64,000 nucleotides of DNA from Spirochaetia bacterium (GCA_963668315.1 OY764216.1:3072001-3136000); one strand, 5' to 3'; shown: positions 50,179 to 60,841, counted from the stretch's first letter. Program-made: numbers and translations. Notes: generated by a model from the letters alone, not told the origin.

Positions 50179-51590
50179 TCAGAAGGCCTCTTGTCTCCCT
50201 TGCCATTCTGCTCATGGCGGCAGGTTTACTCGTCTCTTTTTCGGAAAGAATGTCCCGGGGGGAAGAAAGCTACGTTTCCCTTCTGGTACCGGAGGAGAAA
50301 ACGGCAGAGGTGGAGGCTTATCTCGCCGGCAAGGGAGTCGGTCCTTTTTACGATGGGGAAAAGCCGGTGGTTTATTCCGATTTTACCGCCCTTACCGCAC
50401 TTCCCCTCAAAGATGTCCCCCGGAGATTTCTTGAGGAGGACCGCCGTTATGATCCCTATCTGAGGGAACTGGGCGATCTGTTTACGACATCCCGGGGAAA
50501 CCGAGTCTTTTTTCGGACCGATTTGTCTCAGTTATCCCTGCAGAGGATGCTTTTTCCCCTGAGACAAGAAGTCCTCTGGGAACAGGCCGTATCCCCCCTC
50601 TCGTTTATTCTGATTGCCGCTATGGCTTTGATTCTTCTCGGGGTGAATGTCTACCGCCACGGGAGCGCTTTTCTCTGGCCCCTCATGGTGCAGGTCCTTT
50701 GGATTCCCTTCTACTTTTATGAACCGGGTTATTCTCTGGCCGCCCTGCCGCTAATCGTTTTCTGGGAAGTTCTGATTATCGAATCCTGGGGGCAATGGGG
50801 GAGGGCGTTTCTCCTTTTTCTCCTGATTGCCGCCTCCGGGGCTGTTATGTTTTCCGGCGCCACACTTATGCTTTACTCTCTTATGTTGGCCTTAAGCTTC
50901 TCCGTAGGGTTATTTCTCAAACTCCGTTTTTTCCCCGACACACCGGAAAAGGGGAACGGGGAAGCCGGGAGAATCGTAATAAAAAAGAGGAGGTTCCCGT
51001 TCTTTTCCCGAAAGACGGAGCATGACCTTTTTGAACCGAAGTACTTCGGTATGGGTGTTCCTGCGGTCTCAAGCTCCCTGACTCCCGCGGCCACCTTGCG
51101 GGGAAAGCTTTTCATTCCGACTCTGCTTCTGTCCCTTCCTCTGCTGTTTGTTCCCCAGTCCTCTGAACATCATTCCCCCTTCACCTTTCCCGGTCCGGGC
51201 GATTTTTATGATCATGTGTATTATCAGCAGAATATTCTCTATTCTTCCCCCTGGGGATCCCGTGATCCGGTTTTTACCTCCGATTTCACCTGGGACAGCG
51301 ATACGGGCGCCATTCTCGAACAGAAAAAAAGGATCGCTTCCTTTAGCCCCGAATGGATGGCGGAGGTCAAATCGGAGTACGGGCAAGGATATGCCGATTC
51401 CTTTCTTCTTTCCCTGCCGACAGGCATGGAATCTATCCCAATTAATTTTACTTTACCCTTTTACAAATTTCGTATTTTTGTTATAATCATCATGTTTTTT
51501 CTCTCCGAGCTGGTCTCCTCCCAACGCAGGATTCCCGGTAAGGAAAAAAAATCACTTCAAATTATTAAAAGAGGTCGTGAAGTCGCATGA
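50175..51590 (+). CDS. Hypothetical membrane protein
   Basis: Several TM segments; ATGA overlaps on both sides. Confidence 0.65.
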   Translation: MIRRPLVSLAILLMAAGLLVSFSERMSRGEESYVSLLVPEEKTAEVEAYLAGKGVGPFYDGEKPVVYSDFTALTALPLKDVPRRFLEEDRRYDPYLRELGDLFTTSRGNRVFFRTDLSQLSLQRMLFPLRQEVLWEQAVSPLSFILIAAMALILLGVNVYRHGSAFLWPLMVQVLWIPFYFYEPGYSLAALPLIVFWEVLIIESWGQWGRAFLLFLLIAASGAVMFSGATLMLYSLMLALSFSVGLFLKLRFFPDTPEKGNGEAGRIVIKKRRFPFFSRKTEHDLFEPKYFGMGVPAVSSSLTPAATLRGKLFIPTLLLSLPLLFVPQSSEHHSPFTFPGPGDFYDHVYYQQNILYSSPWGSRDPVFTSDFTWDSDTGAILEQKKRIASFSPEWMAEVKSEYGQGYADSFLLSLPTGMESIPINFTLPFYKFRIFVIIIMFFLSELVSSQRRIPGKEKKSLQIIKRGREVA

Positions 51591-52912
51591 AATCACTAGC
51601 CACATTTCCCAGGGGTATACATCCGCCGGGGGGAAAAGGATTGACCGAATCGGAAGAAATACGGACCGCCGCTCTTCCTCCTGTCGCGGTTATACCCCTT
51701 TCGCAGCATATAGGAGCGCCGGCAGAATGTCTTGTTCAGCCCGGCGATACGGTAAAGGAAGAGGACCTTATCGGTAAAGCCTCCGGTTTTGTATCCGCCA
51801 ATATTCATTCATCCATACCGGGAACGGTAAGTGAGATCAAGGAAATCTATCTTCCGAACGGCATGAAGTCAAAGGCCGTGACCATAGAGCTTTCCGGTGA
51901 ATTCAGCCGCTTGGGCAAGGAATCGGTCAAAGAGGACTGGCGTGCCATGGAAAAGGACGTCATCAAGTCCCGGATCATGGACCGCGGTATTGTCGGCATG
52001 GGAGGAGCCACTTTTCCCACCCATGTGAAGATGTCACTGCCCGAAGGGAAGAGCTGCGAGTATTTTATCATTAATGCCGTAGAGTGCGAGCCCTTCCTGA
52101 CGTCCGACCATAAGCTTATGCTGACCCAGACCGACGAGATCCTGGAAGGGATTGAGATCATCAGGAAGCTTCTGAGCCCTGAAAAAGTCATCATCGGTAT
52201 AGAAGCGAATAAAATGGATGCGGCGCGTTTGCTGGAAGAGTACATCCGGAAGAAGGGCCTTGATATAGAAGTGGCCCCTCTGAAGGTCAAGTATCCCCAG
52301 GGCGCGGAAAAAAGCCTTATCAAAGCCATCACCGGCAGGGAAGTCCCTTCGGGAAAGCTCCCCCTGGAAGTGGGTGTTATCAATGCCAATGTGGGTACCT
52401 GTTTTGCCATTTATGAAGCGGTCGTCTACAATAAGCCTCTGGTAGAGCGCCTTGTCACCGTATCGGGAAGCGCCGTGAAAAATCCCGGCGTATTCAAAGT
52501 ACGGGTCGGCACCCCCATCCGCTCCCTTATCGAGGAGTGCGGCGGTTTTATCGAGGAGCCGGAAAAAATTATCTCCGGCGGCCCCATGATGGGATTCGCT
52601 TTCTTCGATCTGGATACTCCCGTTACCAAGGGGACTTCGGGCGTAGTGGCTCTGACGGCCAAGGATGTCAAGAAGAGCAGGATCACTCCCTGTCTGTCCT
52701 GCGGAAAGTGCGTTGCCGCCTGTCCCATGGGCCTGAATCCGACAAAGCTCTACAAATATCTGGATTTTGAAATGGTCGAAGAGGCCAGCGCTGAAAGGCT
52801 TATGGACTGCGTTGAATGCGGATCCTGCGCCTATGTTTGTCCGGCCCATCTGCCCATCGTACAGATGTTCCGCGTCGGAAAGGGAGAGATTAGAAAAAAT
52901 GCCAAAAAATAA
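51587..52912 (+). CDS. rnfC: Rnf electron transport complex subunit C
   Basis: QHIGAPA, GMGGATFPT, NAVECEP, YPQGAEK, two CxxCxxCxxxCP. Confidence 0.95.
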   Translation: MKSLATFPRGIHPPGGKGLTESEEIRTAALPPVAVIPLSQHIGAPAECLVQPGDTVKEEDLIGKASGFVSANIHSSIPGTVSEIKEIYLPNGMKSKAVTIELSGEFSRLGKESVKEDWRAMEKDVIKSRIMDRGIVGMGGATFPTHVKMSLPEGKSCEYFIINAVECEPFLTSDHKLMLTQTDEILEGIEIIRKLLSPEKVIIGIEANKMDAARLLEEYIRKKGLDIEVAPLKVKYPQGAEKSLIKAITGREVPSGKLPLEVGVINANVGTCFAIYEAVVYNKPLVERLVTVSGSAVKNPGVFKVRVGTPIRSLIEECGGFIEEPEKIISGGPMMGFAFFDLDTPVTKGTSGVVALTAKDVKKSRITPCLSCGKCVAACPMGLNPTKLYKYLDFEMVEEASAERLMDCVECGSCAYVCPAHLPIVQMFRVGKGEIRKNAKK

Positions 52913-53960
52913 TTTTCAGATAACCTCATCCCCCCAGTTTCATAGTGGTATGTCCACATCCTTTGTCATGGGACATGTCTCCCTGGCTCTGGTTCCGGCT
53001 TCCCTGTGGGGGATATATGTTTTCGGCTGGCGGGCCCTTCTGGTTCTGCTGGTCTCTATAGCCGCTGCGATGCTGACGGAGTTCGTTCTGGGTAAGATCA
53101 CCAACAGTGACAATACCCTTACCGACGGAAGCGCTCTGGTCACCGGTCTGCTCATCGGCATGAATATGCCTCCCGCCGTTCCTCTGTTTATCCCGATTAT
53201 CGCGTCTTTTTTCGCCATATTCGTGGTTAAATGGACTTTCGGCGGACTGGGTGCCAACTGGATGAACCCCGCCCTGGCCGGACGTGTCTTTGTTTTCATG
53301 TCCTGGACCGGCGGAATGACCACCTGGACCCTTCCCGGACGTCTGGGAAGCACGGGCGCCCTCGATGCCGTCACGGGCCCCACGCCCCTCGGTTCCCTTA
53401 AAACCGGTCTTCTTAACGGAGTGGACGGGATTCACGGTCCTCTCCAGCTTCTGGCTGGCGAAGGCGTTCCCGTGACCTATAAGGACCTCTTCATGGGAAA
53501 TGTTCCCGGTTGTATCGGTGAAGTCTCGGCTCTCCTGCTCCTGCTAGGCGGGTTGTACCTCCTTTTAAGAAAGATCATAAGCTGGCACATTCCGGTAAGC
53601 TACATCGCTTCCTTTTCCCTCCTTGTATGGATTTTCGGGGGAAACCGCTACGGTACCGGCTTTTTCTCCGGCGATGTCCTGTTCCACCTTCTGGCGGGCG
53701 GTTTTATGCTGGGCGCTCTGTTTATGGCAACCGACATGGCTACTTCTCCCGTAACGAAAAAGGGAAAGATTATTTACGGTGTGGGATGCGGTTTTATGAC
53801 CTTCCTTATCCGTTTCTTCGGTTCATTCCCTGAAGGCGTATCCCTGGCCATTATCTTTATGAATATTTTCGTGCCCCTCATCGATAGATTTATCAAACCG
53901 GTAACCTTCGGAGTCCCCCGGAAAAAGGAGAGCGCTAAATCCAAGGAGGCCGCCAGATGA
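52899..53960 (+). CDS. rnfD: Rnf subunit D (start revised to 52899)
   Basis: SSPQ, FGGLG.N.MNPAL.GR, DAVTGPTPL, GCIGEVS, FMATD..TSP. Confidence 0.95.
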   Translation: MPKNNFQITSSPQFHSGMSTSFVMGHVSLALVPASLWGIYVFGWRALLVLLVSIAAAMLTEFVLGKITNSDNTLTDGSALVTGLLIGMNMPPAVPLFIPIIASFFAIFVVKWTFGGLGANWMNPALAGRVFVFMSWTGGMTTWTLPGRLGSTGALDAVTGPTPLGSLKTGLLNGVDGIHGPLQLLAGEGVPVTYKDLFMGNVPGCIGEVSALLLLLGGLYLLLRKIISWHIPVSYIASFSLLVWIFGGNRYGTGFFSGDVLFHLLAGGFMLGALFMATDMATSPVTKKGKIIYGVGCGFMTFLIRFFGSFPEGVSLAIIFMNIFVPLIDRFIKPVTFGVPRKKESAKSKEAAR

Positions 53961-54502
53961 GCCCCATCGCAGACAGAACTATAAGACTGGCCGTTATCTG
54001 TAGTATCGCGGCCCTTTTTCTGGGTGTCATCAATTCCATGACAGCCCCCGTTATTGAAGAGCATAAAAGACAGGAACTCCAGAAAGCCCTTAATGAACTT
54101 GTTGTGACCGGCCAGGCCGGAGAGGTCCAGGAATTGGACGACTCTCTGGTGACACAGCTCTATCCCATTATGGACGGCGGAGAGAAAATCGGCTGTATTC
54201 TCACCCTCATGGGAAACGGTTACGGCGGAGAACTGAAGATTCTGGCTTCCTACTCTCTGGACGGAACGCTTTTAAAAGCGATTCTTATGGAGGACAGTGA
54301 AACTCCCGGACTGGGAAAGAAAGCGGAAAAACCCGAATATATGGAGAAATTCCTGGGTAAGGGAAAAACCGGCAGCCCCATTCCCACGATGAAATCGCAG
54401 CTTGAAAAGCCCGATGCCGTCGCCGGTTCCACCATTACTTTTACCGGAGTCTCCCGGGCGCTCGCCGCCGGATCCGACTATGTGCGGGAGGAGTTGAAAT
54501 GA
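53957..54502 (+). CDS. rnfG: Rnf subunit G
   Basis: GYGG, ETPGLG, DAVAGSTIT FMN-binding motif. Confidence 0.9.
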   Translation: MSPIADRTIRLAVICSIAALFLGVINSMTAPVIEEHKRQELQKALNELVVTGQAGEVQELDDSLVTQLYPIMDGGEKIGCILTLMGNGYGGELKILASYSLDGTLLKAILMEDSETPGLGKKAEKPEYMEKFLGKGKTGSPIPTMKSQLEKPDAVAGSTITFTGVSRALAAGSDYVREELK

Positions 54503-55119
54503 AAGAATTAACAAAAGGTATATACAGGGAAAACCCTATTTTCGTTCTGGTCCTGGGGCTCTGTCCCTCCCTGGCCGTTACCACTCAGGTCGTCAACGGC
54601 ATAGGAATGGGAGTAGGTACCATGTTTGTTCTCATCTGTTCGAACATCATGATCTCCCTTTTAAAAAATGTTATCCCCGATGAGATTCATATCCCGGCGT
54701 ATATCGTTATTATTGCCTCCTTCGTGACCATACTGGATATGATTATGCAGGCATACATTCCCGCCCTTTCCAGTTCTCTGGGGGTATTCGTACAGCTGAT
54801 CGTTGTAAACTGTATCATTCTGGGCCGGGCCGAAGCCTTTGCCAGCAGTCACGGCGTATGGGATTCCATTAAGGATGCCATTGGTATGGGTATCGGTTTT
54901 ACCCTGAGCCTTTGTCTTATCGCCCTGATCAGGGAAACTCTGGGTGCGGGTACCATTACCCTTTTCCCCATCGAATCTATCGGATTCAACGGCGAGATCA
55001 GCATTCCCGGTCTGGTCAATTCTCCTGCCCGGGTCATGACGCTGTCAGCCGGTGCATTGCTGGTGATGGGATACCTTAAGGCTATCATCAACACCATCAA
55101 CGAGAAGAAAGGAAAATAG
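54499..55119 (+). CDS. rnfE: Rnf subunit E
   Basis: LGLCPSLAVT, LIVVNCIILGRAEAFAS. Confidence 0.95.
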   Translation: MKELTKGIYRENPIFVLVLGLCPSLAVTTQVVNGIGMGVGTMFVLICSNIMISLLKNVIPDEIHIPAYIVIIASFVTILDMIMQAYIPALSSSLGVFVQLIVVNCIILGRAEAFASSHGVWDSIKDAIGMGIGFTLSLCLIALIRETLGAGTITLFPIESIGFNGEISIPGLVNSPARVMTLSAGALLVMGYLKAIINTINEKKGK

Positions 55120-55121
55120 CC

Positions 55122-55712
55122 ATGACTTATGTTGGAATTTTAATAACTTACGTTTTTATCAGCAACCTCATTTTAAGCCAGTTCCTGGGGCTTTGCCCCT
55201 TTATCGGAGTATCGAAAGACCTGGAATCGGCTTCAGGAATGGGTTTCGCCGTAACCTTTGTCATGACCATCGCTTCGCTGGTGACATGGATGGTTTACCA
55301 CTGGATACTTATTCCCCTGAATGTGGAATATCTCCAGACGGTGACCTTTATCCTTACCATCGCCTCTCTCGTGCAGCTGGTGGAGATGATTGTCCAGAAA
55401 TATTCTCCTGCTCTGTACAAAGCTCTGGGTATTTATCTTCCCCTTATCACTACAAACTGCGGTGTTCTGGGTATCGCCCTCATTAACATAAATGAAGGCT
55501 ACAACCTTATGGAAAGCTTTATCGCCGGTATGGCCGGCGGTCTGGGTTTCATGCTGGCCCTTATTCTGATGTCTTCCATCAGAGTCCAGATGAGAACCGA
55601 GCGGGTCCCCCGGGCATTCAGAGGCATACCCATTGCTTTTATCTCGGGCGGACTGATGGCACTGGCCTTTATGGCCTTTGACAAAGCCCTGCTGACGAAT
55701 CTTATAGGATAG
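55122..55712 (+). CDS. rnfA: Rnf subunit A
   Basis: QFLGLCPFIGVS, LPLITTNC. Confidence 0.95.
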   Translation: MTYVGILITYVFISNLILSQFLGLCPFIGVSKDLESASGMGFAVTFVMTIASLVTWMVYHWILIPLNVEYLQTVTFILTIASLVQLVEMIVQKYSPALYKALGIYLPLITTNCGVLGIALININEGYNLMESFIAGMAGGLGFMLALILMSSIRVQMRTERVPRAFRGIPIAFISGGLMALAFMAFDKALLTNLIG

Positions 55713-55720
55713 GAGAGAAT

Positions 55721-56532
55721 ATGGATATTTTGCGAATTGTACTTGGAATTCTTTTTACTCTCCTTTTCGGAGGGTTGCTCGGCATGGGACTGGCTGTCGC
55801 CTTCCGAAAATTCAGCATCGAAAAAGACAAGGTTGTGGAAGATCTGGAAAATGCCCTTCCCGGACTGAACTGCGGAAGCTGCGGTTATGCCGGCTGTTCC
55901 GGCTACGCCGAAGCGCTGGCCGACGGCAGCGATACGGATCTGACGAAGTGTAAACCGGGCGGACAGAGCTCTCTTGATGCTATCGGCGAGATTTTAGGTA
56001 TCGCCGTGGAAGCGGGCGGAACAAAGCTTGTCGCCATGCCCCATTGTATGGGAAATAACGAGAAAGCCCTCAAGAAGTACGAATATGCCGGTCTGCAGGA
56101 CTGCCGGGCGGCGATGAGTCAGTTTAAGGGATTCAAAGAGTGTGAATACGGTTGCCTCGGACTGGGATCTTGCGTGAAAGTATGTCCCGTGGGCGCCATC
56201 TCCAAAACCGGCGACGGCCTGGTCGTTGTGGACAGGGACCTCTGTATCTCCTGTGGAAATGTGTCGATATCTGTCCTACGGGTGTTATGAAAATGGTTCC
56301 CTTTGACGTGGATTACTATATCGCCTGTAATTCCAAGGATAAGGGTAAAACCACGAAAGCCAACTGTTCCGTCGGTTGTATCGGCTGTAAAATCTGTGAA
56401 AAGAAATTCCCCGAGGGAGCTTTTATTGTTCAAGACAACCTATGTGTGATAGACTATGCGAGTAAGGACAGGGAAGAGAGCAGAAGCGAAGCGGCAGAAA
56501 AGTGCCCTGCTAAATGCATCGTTAAAATGTAA
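55721..56532 (+). pseudogene. rnfB: Rnf subunit B, frameshifted (1-bp deletion or sequencing error)
   Basis: LPGLNCGSCGYAGC and CLGLGSCVKVCP in one frame, KCVDICP and CIGCKIC in another; adding one A at 56257-56259 gives CISCGKCVDICP. Confidence 0.88.
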
Positions 56533-56573
56533 TCTGAATTAATCTACCGTATAGGATAGTGATAGGATAGGGG

Positions 56574-58433
56574 ATGGGAAAGTTAAAACTGTTTATTGGT
56601 ATCTATAACTCATTTTCTCCCAGTTTGACTGAGGAGGAGATGAGTGATATATATGATAAGTCCTTAAAGCAGTATTTGACGAAATTGTATAATAAGAAAA
56701 GCGCCAAGCTTTATCTTTACTATAATGGCCGTCTTCTATCCTGGATCGAAAAAAAACATCCCGAATATATTACCGTCCTGGAAGAGCTCGTTCAGCGCCG
56801 ACAGGTGGAAATACTTAACGGGCCTTACTACGAGCCCATGCTGCCCGTCATTCCCGTATCCGACCGGTTGGGGCAGCTGGAAAAAACGACGACCTATCTG
56901 AGAAAGCTTTTCAAAAAACGGTTCAGGGGCTGCTGGCTTCCCGGTTTCATCTGGGAGCCTTCCCTTGCGTCCAATCTCTCCGGTGCGGGTATCAATTATA
57001 CCTTTCTGGAAGTGGAGCAGTTTGAGAAGTCCGGAATCAAGTCTTTGTATGAACCGGTCCTTACCGACGACCAGGGCAGGGAAGTGGCCATTTTTCCCCT
57101 CCACAGGGTTCTTTCCGAATCGGCCATCAATGCTCCGGCTCCCAACATAATCGGTACTCTGAAGAAAATATCCAATGAAAGCCATGAGGACAGGCTGGTT
57201 AACCTTGTTTTCCCCGGGGAGTTTCTCGCCGATGAAAGGAAAATGGAGTGGCTGGACCTCTTTCTCGATCTGGTGGCGGACAATCAGGAATGGATCGACT
57301 GCGAAATTCCCAATCAGTATATGAAAAACTGTGAAAACAGCTGGAACCGGGTTTACTTCAACAGTTCCACATACGGGGACCTTAAGAGATATTTCCATGA
57401 TAAAACGGATTTTCTACCCGATGTGAATCCTCCCGGCGAGAACGATCCCTACCGAGCCATTCTCAGAACGAATCAGCAGCAGGCCTTCTATTACGGTCGG
57501 CTTAACTACGTGACTCTTCTCATAAATTCTATCCGCGGCGACAAGGCCAGGAAAAAAAGCGCCAGGGAAAACCTCTGGAAAGCCCAGAACCTTTACAGTT
57601 TCTGGTCCGGCGATACGGCCCTCAAGACAAAAAGAGCCGGTTATATGAGCCTGATTGATGCCGAGAAGACGACGAGGGAGAAGGGAATATTCAACAGCTC
57701 CATCATCGAAATCGATTATGATCTGAACGGTCAGAGCGAATTCGTTTTCCAGGGCCTTATCTATAACGGATGCGTCCATCTGGAAGGGGGAACTCTTTAT
57801 GAGCTGGATTACCTTCCTACCTGCTGGAATTACAGTTTCAACCGGGCGGGACGGAAGAGTTTTATCGACTGTTTCCTGCCCGAGGGATTCAACGAAGATA
57901 ACTATTTTGAACGCAGGGCGACGTTGAACGGAGCCGGCGTTTACTCCTATCGGCTTAAAGATGCCTCGCGGGACGAAAAGCAGATAATTCTCAAGGGTGA
58001 GATAGACGTTAATGATAAAAAGAACGAACCCTGTACCGTGCGCATTACGAAAAAGTATCTCTTCAAACGCAACTGGTTTGTCGTGTCCTACATCATTGAA
58101 AATGTTACGGAACAGAGCCGGGAATATCAGTTCGGAACGGAAATCAACCTGTCCCTGATCGGTTCAGAGCCCGATAACGGCGAGCTCTCCTTTGTCACAT
58201 CAAAGGATAAAAGTGATATAGGTAAAAAGAGTGTTGCCCACTGTTCCTCGGTCATGCTTCTCGATAAAGTTAATAATACCGATATTCAGCTGGATTTCGG
58301 AGAGGATATGGACCTCTGGTATCGGATGGATCAGAATACGACGACCCTTGTCCCCTGGCAGGATTTTATTCTCTACCCGTTGGAAAAGAAGGAGATCACC
58401 ATCTCCCTTAAACTGGGCCGTCACAAAAGCTGA
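56574..58433 (+). CDS. GH57-family (4-alpha-glucanotransferase-like) protein, probably non-catalytic
   Basis: VEIL.GPYYEP.LP.IP..DR.GQL, GCWLPG, DYDLNGQ.E, GG.LYELD. Confidence 0.75.
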   Translation: MGKLKLFIGIYNSFSPSLTEEEMSDIYDKSLKQYLTKLYNKKSAKLYLYYNGRLLSWIEKKHPEYITVLEELVQRRQVEILNGPYYEPMLPVIPVSDRLGQLEKTTTYLRKLFKKRFRGCWLPGFIWEPSLASNLSGAGINYTFLEVEQFEKSGIKSLYEPVLTDDQGREVAIFPLHRVLSESAINAPAPNIIGTLKKISNESHEDRLVNLVFPGEFLADERKMEWLDLFLDLVADNQEWIDCEIPNQYMKNCENSWNRVYFNSSTYGDLKRYFHDKTDFLPDVNPPGENDPYRAILRTNQQQAFYYGRLNYVTLLINSIRGDKARKKSARENLWKAQNLYSFWSGDTALKTKRAGYMSLIDAEKTTREKGIFNSSIIEIDYDLNGQSEFVFQGLIYNGCVHLEGGTLYELDYLPTCWNYSFNRAGRKSFIDCFLPEGFNEDNYFERRATLNGAGVYSYRLKDASRDEKQIILKGEIDVNDKKNEPCTVRITKKYLFKRNWFVVSYIIENVTEQSREYQFGTEINLSLIGSEPDNGELSFVTSKDKSDIGKKSVAHCSSVMLLDKVNNTDIQLDFGEDMDLWYRMDQNTTTLVPWQDFILYPLEKKEITISLKLGRHKS

Positions 58434-59635
58434 TCCAGGCTCTTCTCCATCCATTCATTGGATGCCTGATAATAACCGTCACGGCTCAGGAGAAATTCCA
58501 GATAGGCCGATTCATATTTTTCCTGAAAGTAAAAGCACTGCCCCCTATAGAAGTGAATGCGCTCCTTGAGTTGATTATCTTCCACCTCATCAAGAAGGAT
58601 AAGCATCGCCCTTTCGGCATGGGCCCATCGGTTTTTCAGGAAATATTCACCGAGTATTTTTTTCAATTTTGATTCCAGCAGAGTGGCGCCTTTCGTGTCT
58701 TCTTCTTCAGGAAGGATCTGCGGCTCCACCGTAACGGATCGTTCATCGTCTGGGCGGGAAAGGAAAGCCTTCAGTCTTCTCTCCAATGTCTGGCTGAGAG
58801 TCTGTTGGGGAGGAAAGACAACGTCAAGGGGAGGAAGACCGGTATAGTATTTTTCCAGCTGGAGAGTCGGCAAGGGGGCTTTTCTCACGGGAAGAGCTGA
58901 CCGGGGATTATCCAGAAATTGCGACAGGGGCAGCTCAACGGAATCTACCGTATGGTTCCCCGTATATAGCAGTGCTTCATCGTCGCCGAAGGAGAGCAGC
59001 TCCCTGTCGACAGCGGCGTAATAATAGGGGATTCCCGGGATGGGATTATCACTCCATGAGTGTTGATCCCTTTCCAGCACGGATATGAGAAGGGAATCTT
59101 TCAATTGGTCCATACTGGTTATAGGAGAGGTCGACCGGTAGAGGGATACGGCTCTGAGATTATTATCACGGTTGAAGGTAATATGAATTTCTCCCTCTGC
59201 CGGTCGGGCGGAAAGATTGGTAACCGTTACCGCTTCTGTGAGAGAGACGGCTTTTCTGTCGATTTTTATACCCCGGACCGTAGCATTGGCATAGGGGATG
59301 ATTATGGGAAAATAGGACCGGTTATCCTCAATCGTAATAAGGTAATACCAGTCAATATCGGCGGGAGGGGAATCTCGGTATAATTCCACCCCTTCCTGCA
59401 CCGTATCGATCAGGGATGCTTCACTCAGGTTATTGCGGGTTATGGGAACCCTGTGTCTGTGAATATGGTAAACTTCCCCCGAAAGGCTTTCCGAATCTTT
59501 CCATGAGAGGATTACTTCACTTCCAGCTGTCCGGGCAGAGATCTCTGTGGGAAAATTGGCCGTCCCCCTCTCCTGGGAAAAAAGAAAGGGGAAGATCAGG
59601 ATAAGATGTATAAGAAAAAAAGCCTTCTTCATCAC
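58421..59635 (-). CDS. Secreted hypothetical protein (Fn3-like repeats plus TPR-like end)
   Basis: Signal peptide; two similar modules (LSW..YHIHR..PIT / ITF..LYRS..PIT); FYRGQCFYF. Confidence 0.65.
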   Translation of the reverse strand: MMKKAFFLIHLILIFPFLFSQERGTANFPTEISARTAGSEVILSWKDSESLSGEVYHIHRHRVPITRNNLSEASLIDTVQEGVELYRDSPPADIDWYYLITIEDNRSYFPIIIPYANATVRGIKIDRKAVSLTEAVTVTNLSARPAEGEIHITFNRDNNLRAVSLYRSTSPITSMDQLKDSLLISVLERDQHSWSDNPIPGIPYYYAAVDRELLSFGDDEALLYTGNHTVDSVELPLSQFLDNPRSALPVRKAPLPTLQLEKYYTGLPPLDVVFPPQQTLSQTLERRLKAFLSRPDDERSVTVEPQILPEEEDTKGATLLESKLKKILGEYFLKNRWAHAERAMLILLDEVEDNQLKERIHFYRGQCFYFQEKYESAYLEFLLSRDGYYQASNEWMEKSLDQLL

Positions 59636-59674
59636 TTCTCTTATCGGACGGCAACTCTTTAAACTTTATAAAAA

Positions 59675-60841
59675 TCAGGAAAAAATATGACTTTCCCTGG
59701 ATGCACAGGCCGTTTTGAGAAGTTCATCCAGATTTGCGAGCTCTCTATGCTGGGATGAAATGGTCTCAAAATCCGGTCTTATCAGAGGGTGTTCCGGTGA
59801 GAACAGGGTACAGCAGTCATCAAAGGGCCGGGTTGAGGTCTCAAAAAGCTCAAGGCGCCGGGATATCAGAATAATCTCCTCCTTATCCATGCCAATACAT
59901 GGACGGAGAACGGGCAGATCTACAACACTGCCGGTAAATCTCAGGCTCTCCATGGTCTGACTGGCAACCTGGCTTAAGGCTTCTCCCGTGATAAGAGCAC
60001 CGGCTTTCTCCTCTTCGGCAATCATCTGGGATATACGCATCATGGCGGCTCTCGTATGAAGAGTCGTTGCTTCGGGAGGTACCGATCTGTTGATCTCCAT
60101 CTGTATCTCCGTAAAATTCACTACCCAGAGACGTAACCCCCCCGACCAGGGAGCCAGGCCTGCGGCCAGATCTTTAACCTTCGTCATCGCATCTTCCGAA
60201 GTGTAGGGAGGGGTATGGAAATATACCGCGCTGAGTTTTACTCCCCTTTTTCCGATCAGATACCCGGCCACCGGTGAATCTATTCCTCCGGAAAGGAGAA
60301 GCACCGCCTTTCCCGCAGTGCCCACGGGAAGTCCGCCGGCGCCCCTTTCTCCATACCCATAGACATAGCCCTGTTCACGAAGCTCAACATGGACGATCCA
60401 ATCGGGATTTTTCACATCAACCACGAGGGAGGGGAAACGGTCCAGCAGAGCTCCGCCTATTTCCGAAGAGTAAGCATAACTGTCCAGGGGAAGGCTTTTA
60501 TCGATTCGTCGGGTTTCAACCTTGAACTTTACACCCCTTTGCGCATTAAGGTTTGATTCGGCAACGAGTACCGCCTTCTCGAGTACTTCTTCGAGAGATT
60601 TACCGCAGTGATGGGTTTTATAGAATGCCACGATTCCGAAAGTCGTTCCAAGATTCCGGGAGACAATTTCGTCGGGGCAGTCTTCCACCTCAAGGTAGTA
60701 CCGTCCCGATCTTATGATGACTTTATTTTTGTAGCCGCGGAACTTTGCTTTTATATTCTCTTTGAGCACCCGCTCAAACATTTTTTTATTACCCTTCTTC
60801 AGGGTAATTTCACCTATCTTTATAAGATACATTTCACTCAT
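59675..60841 (-). CDS. thiI: tRNA 4-thiouridine synthase ThiI
   Basis: THUMP domain; GGLPVGT, LLSGGIDSPVA, QVASQT, DCC. Confidence 0.95.
   Translation of the reverse strand: MSEMYLIKIGEITLKKGNKKMFERVLKENIKAKFRGYKNKVIIRSGRYYLEVEDCPDEIVSRNLGTTFGIVAFYKTHHCGKSLEEVLEKAVLVAESNLNAQRGVKFKVETRRIDKSLPLDSYAYSSEIGGALLDRFPSLVVDVKNPDWIVHVELREQGYVYGYGERGAGGLPVGTAGKAVLLLSGGIDSPVAGYLIGKRGVKLSAVYFHTPPYTSEDAMTKVKDLAAGLAPWSGGLRLWVVNFTEIQMEINRSVPPEATTLHTRAAMMRISQMIAEEEKAGALITGEALSQVASQTMESLRFTGSVVDLPVLRPCIGMDKEEIILISRRLELFETSTRPFDDCCTLFSPEHPLIRPDFETISSQHRELANLDELLKTACASRESHIFS

Noticed and set aside
56250..56265. Programmed ribosomal frameshift in rnfB
   Set aside because: No X XXY YYZ slippery heptamer or obvious stimulator; an error or mutation is simpler.
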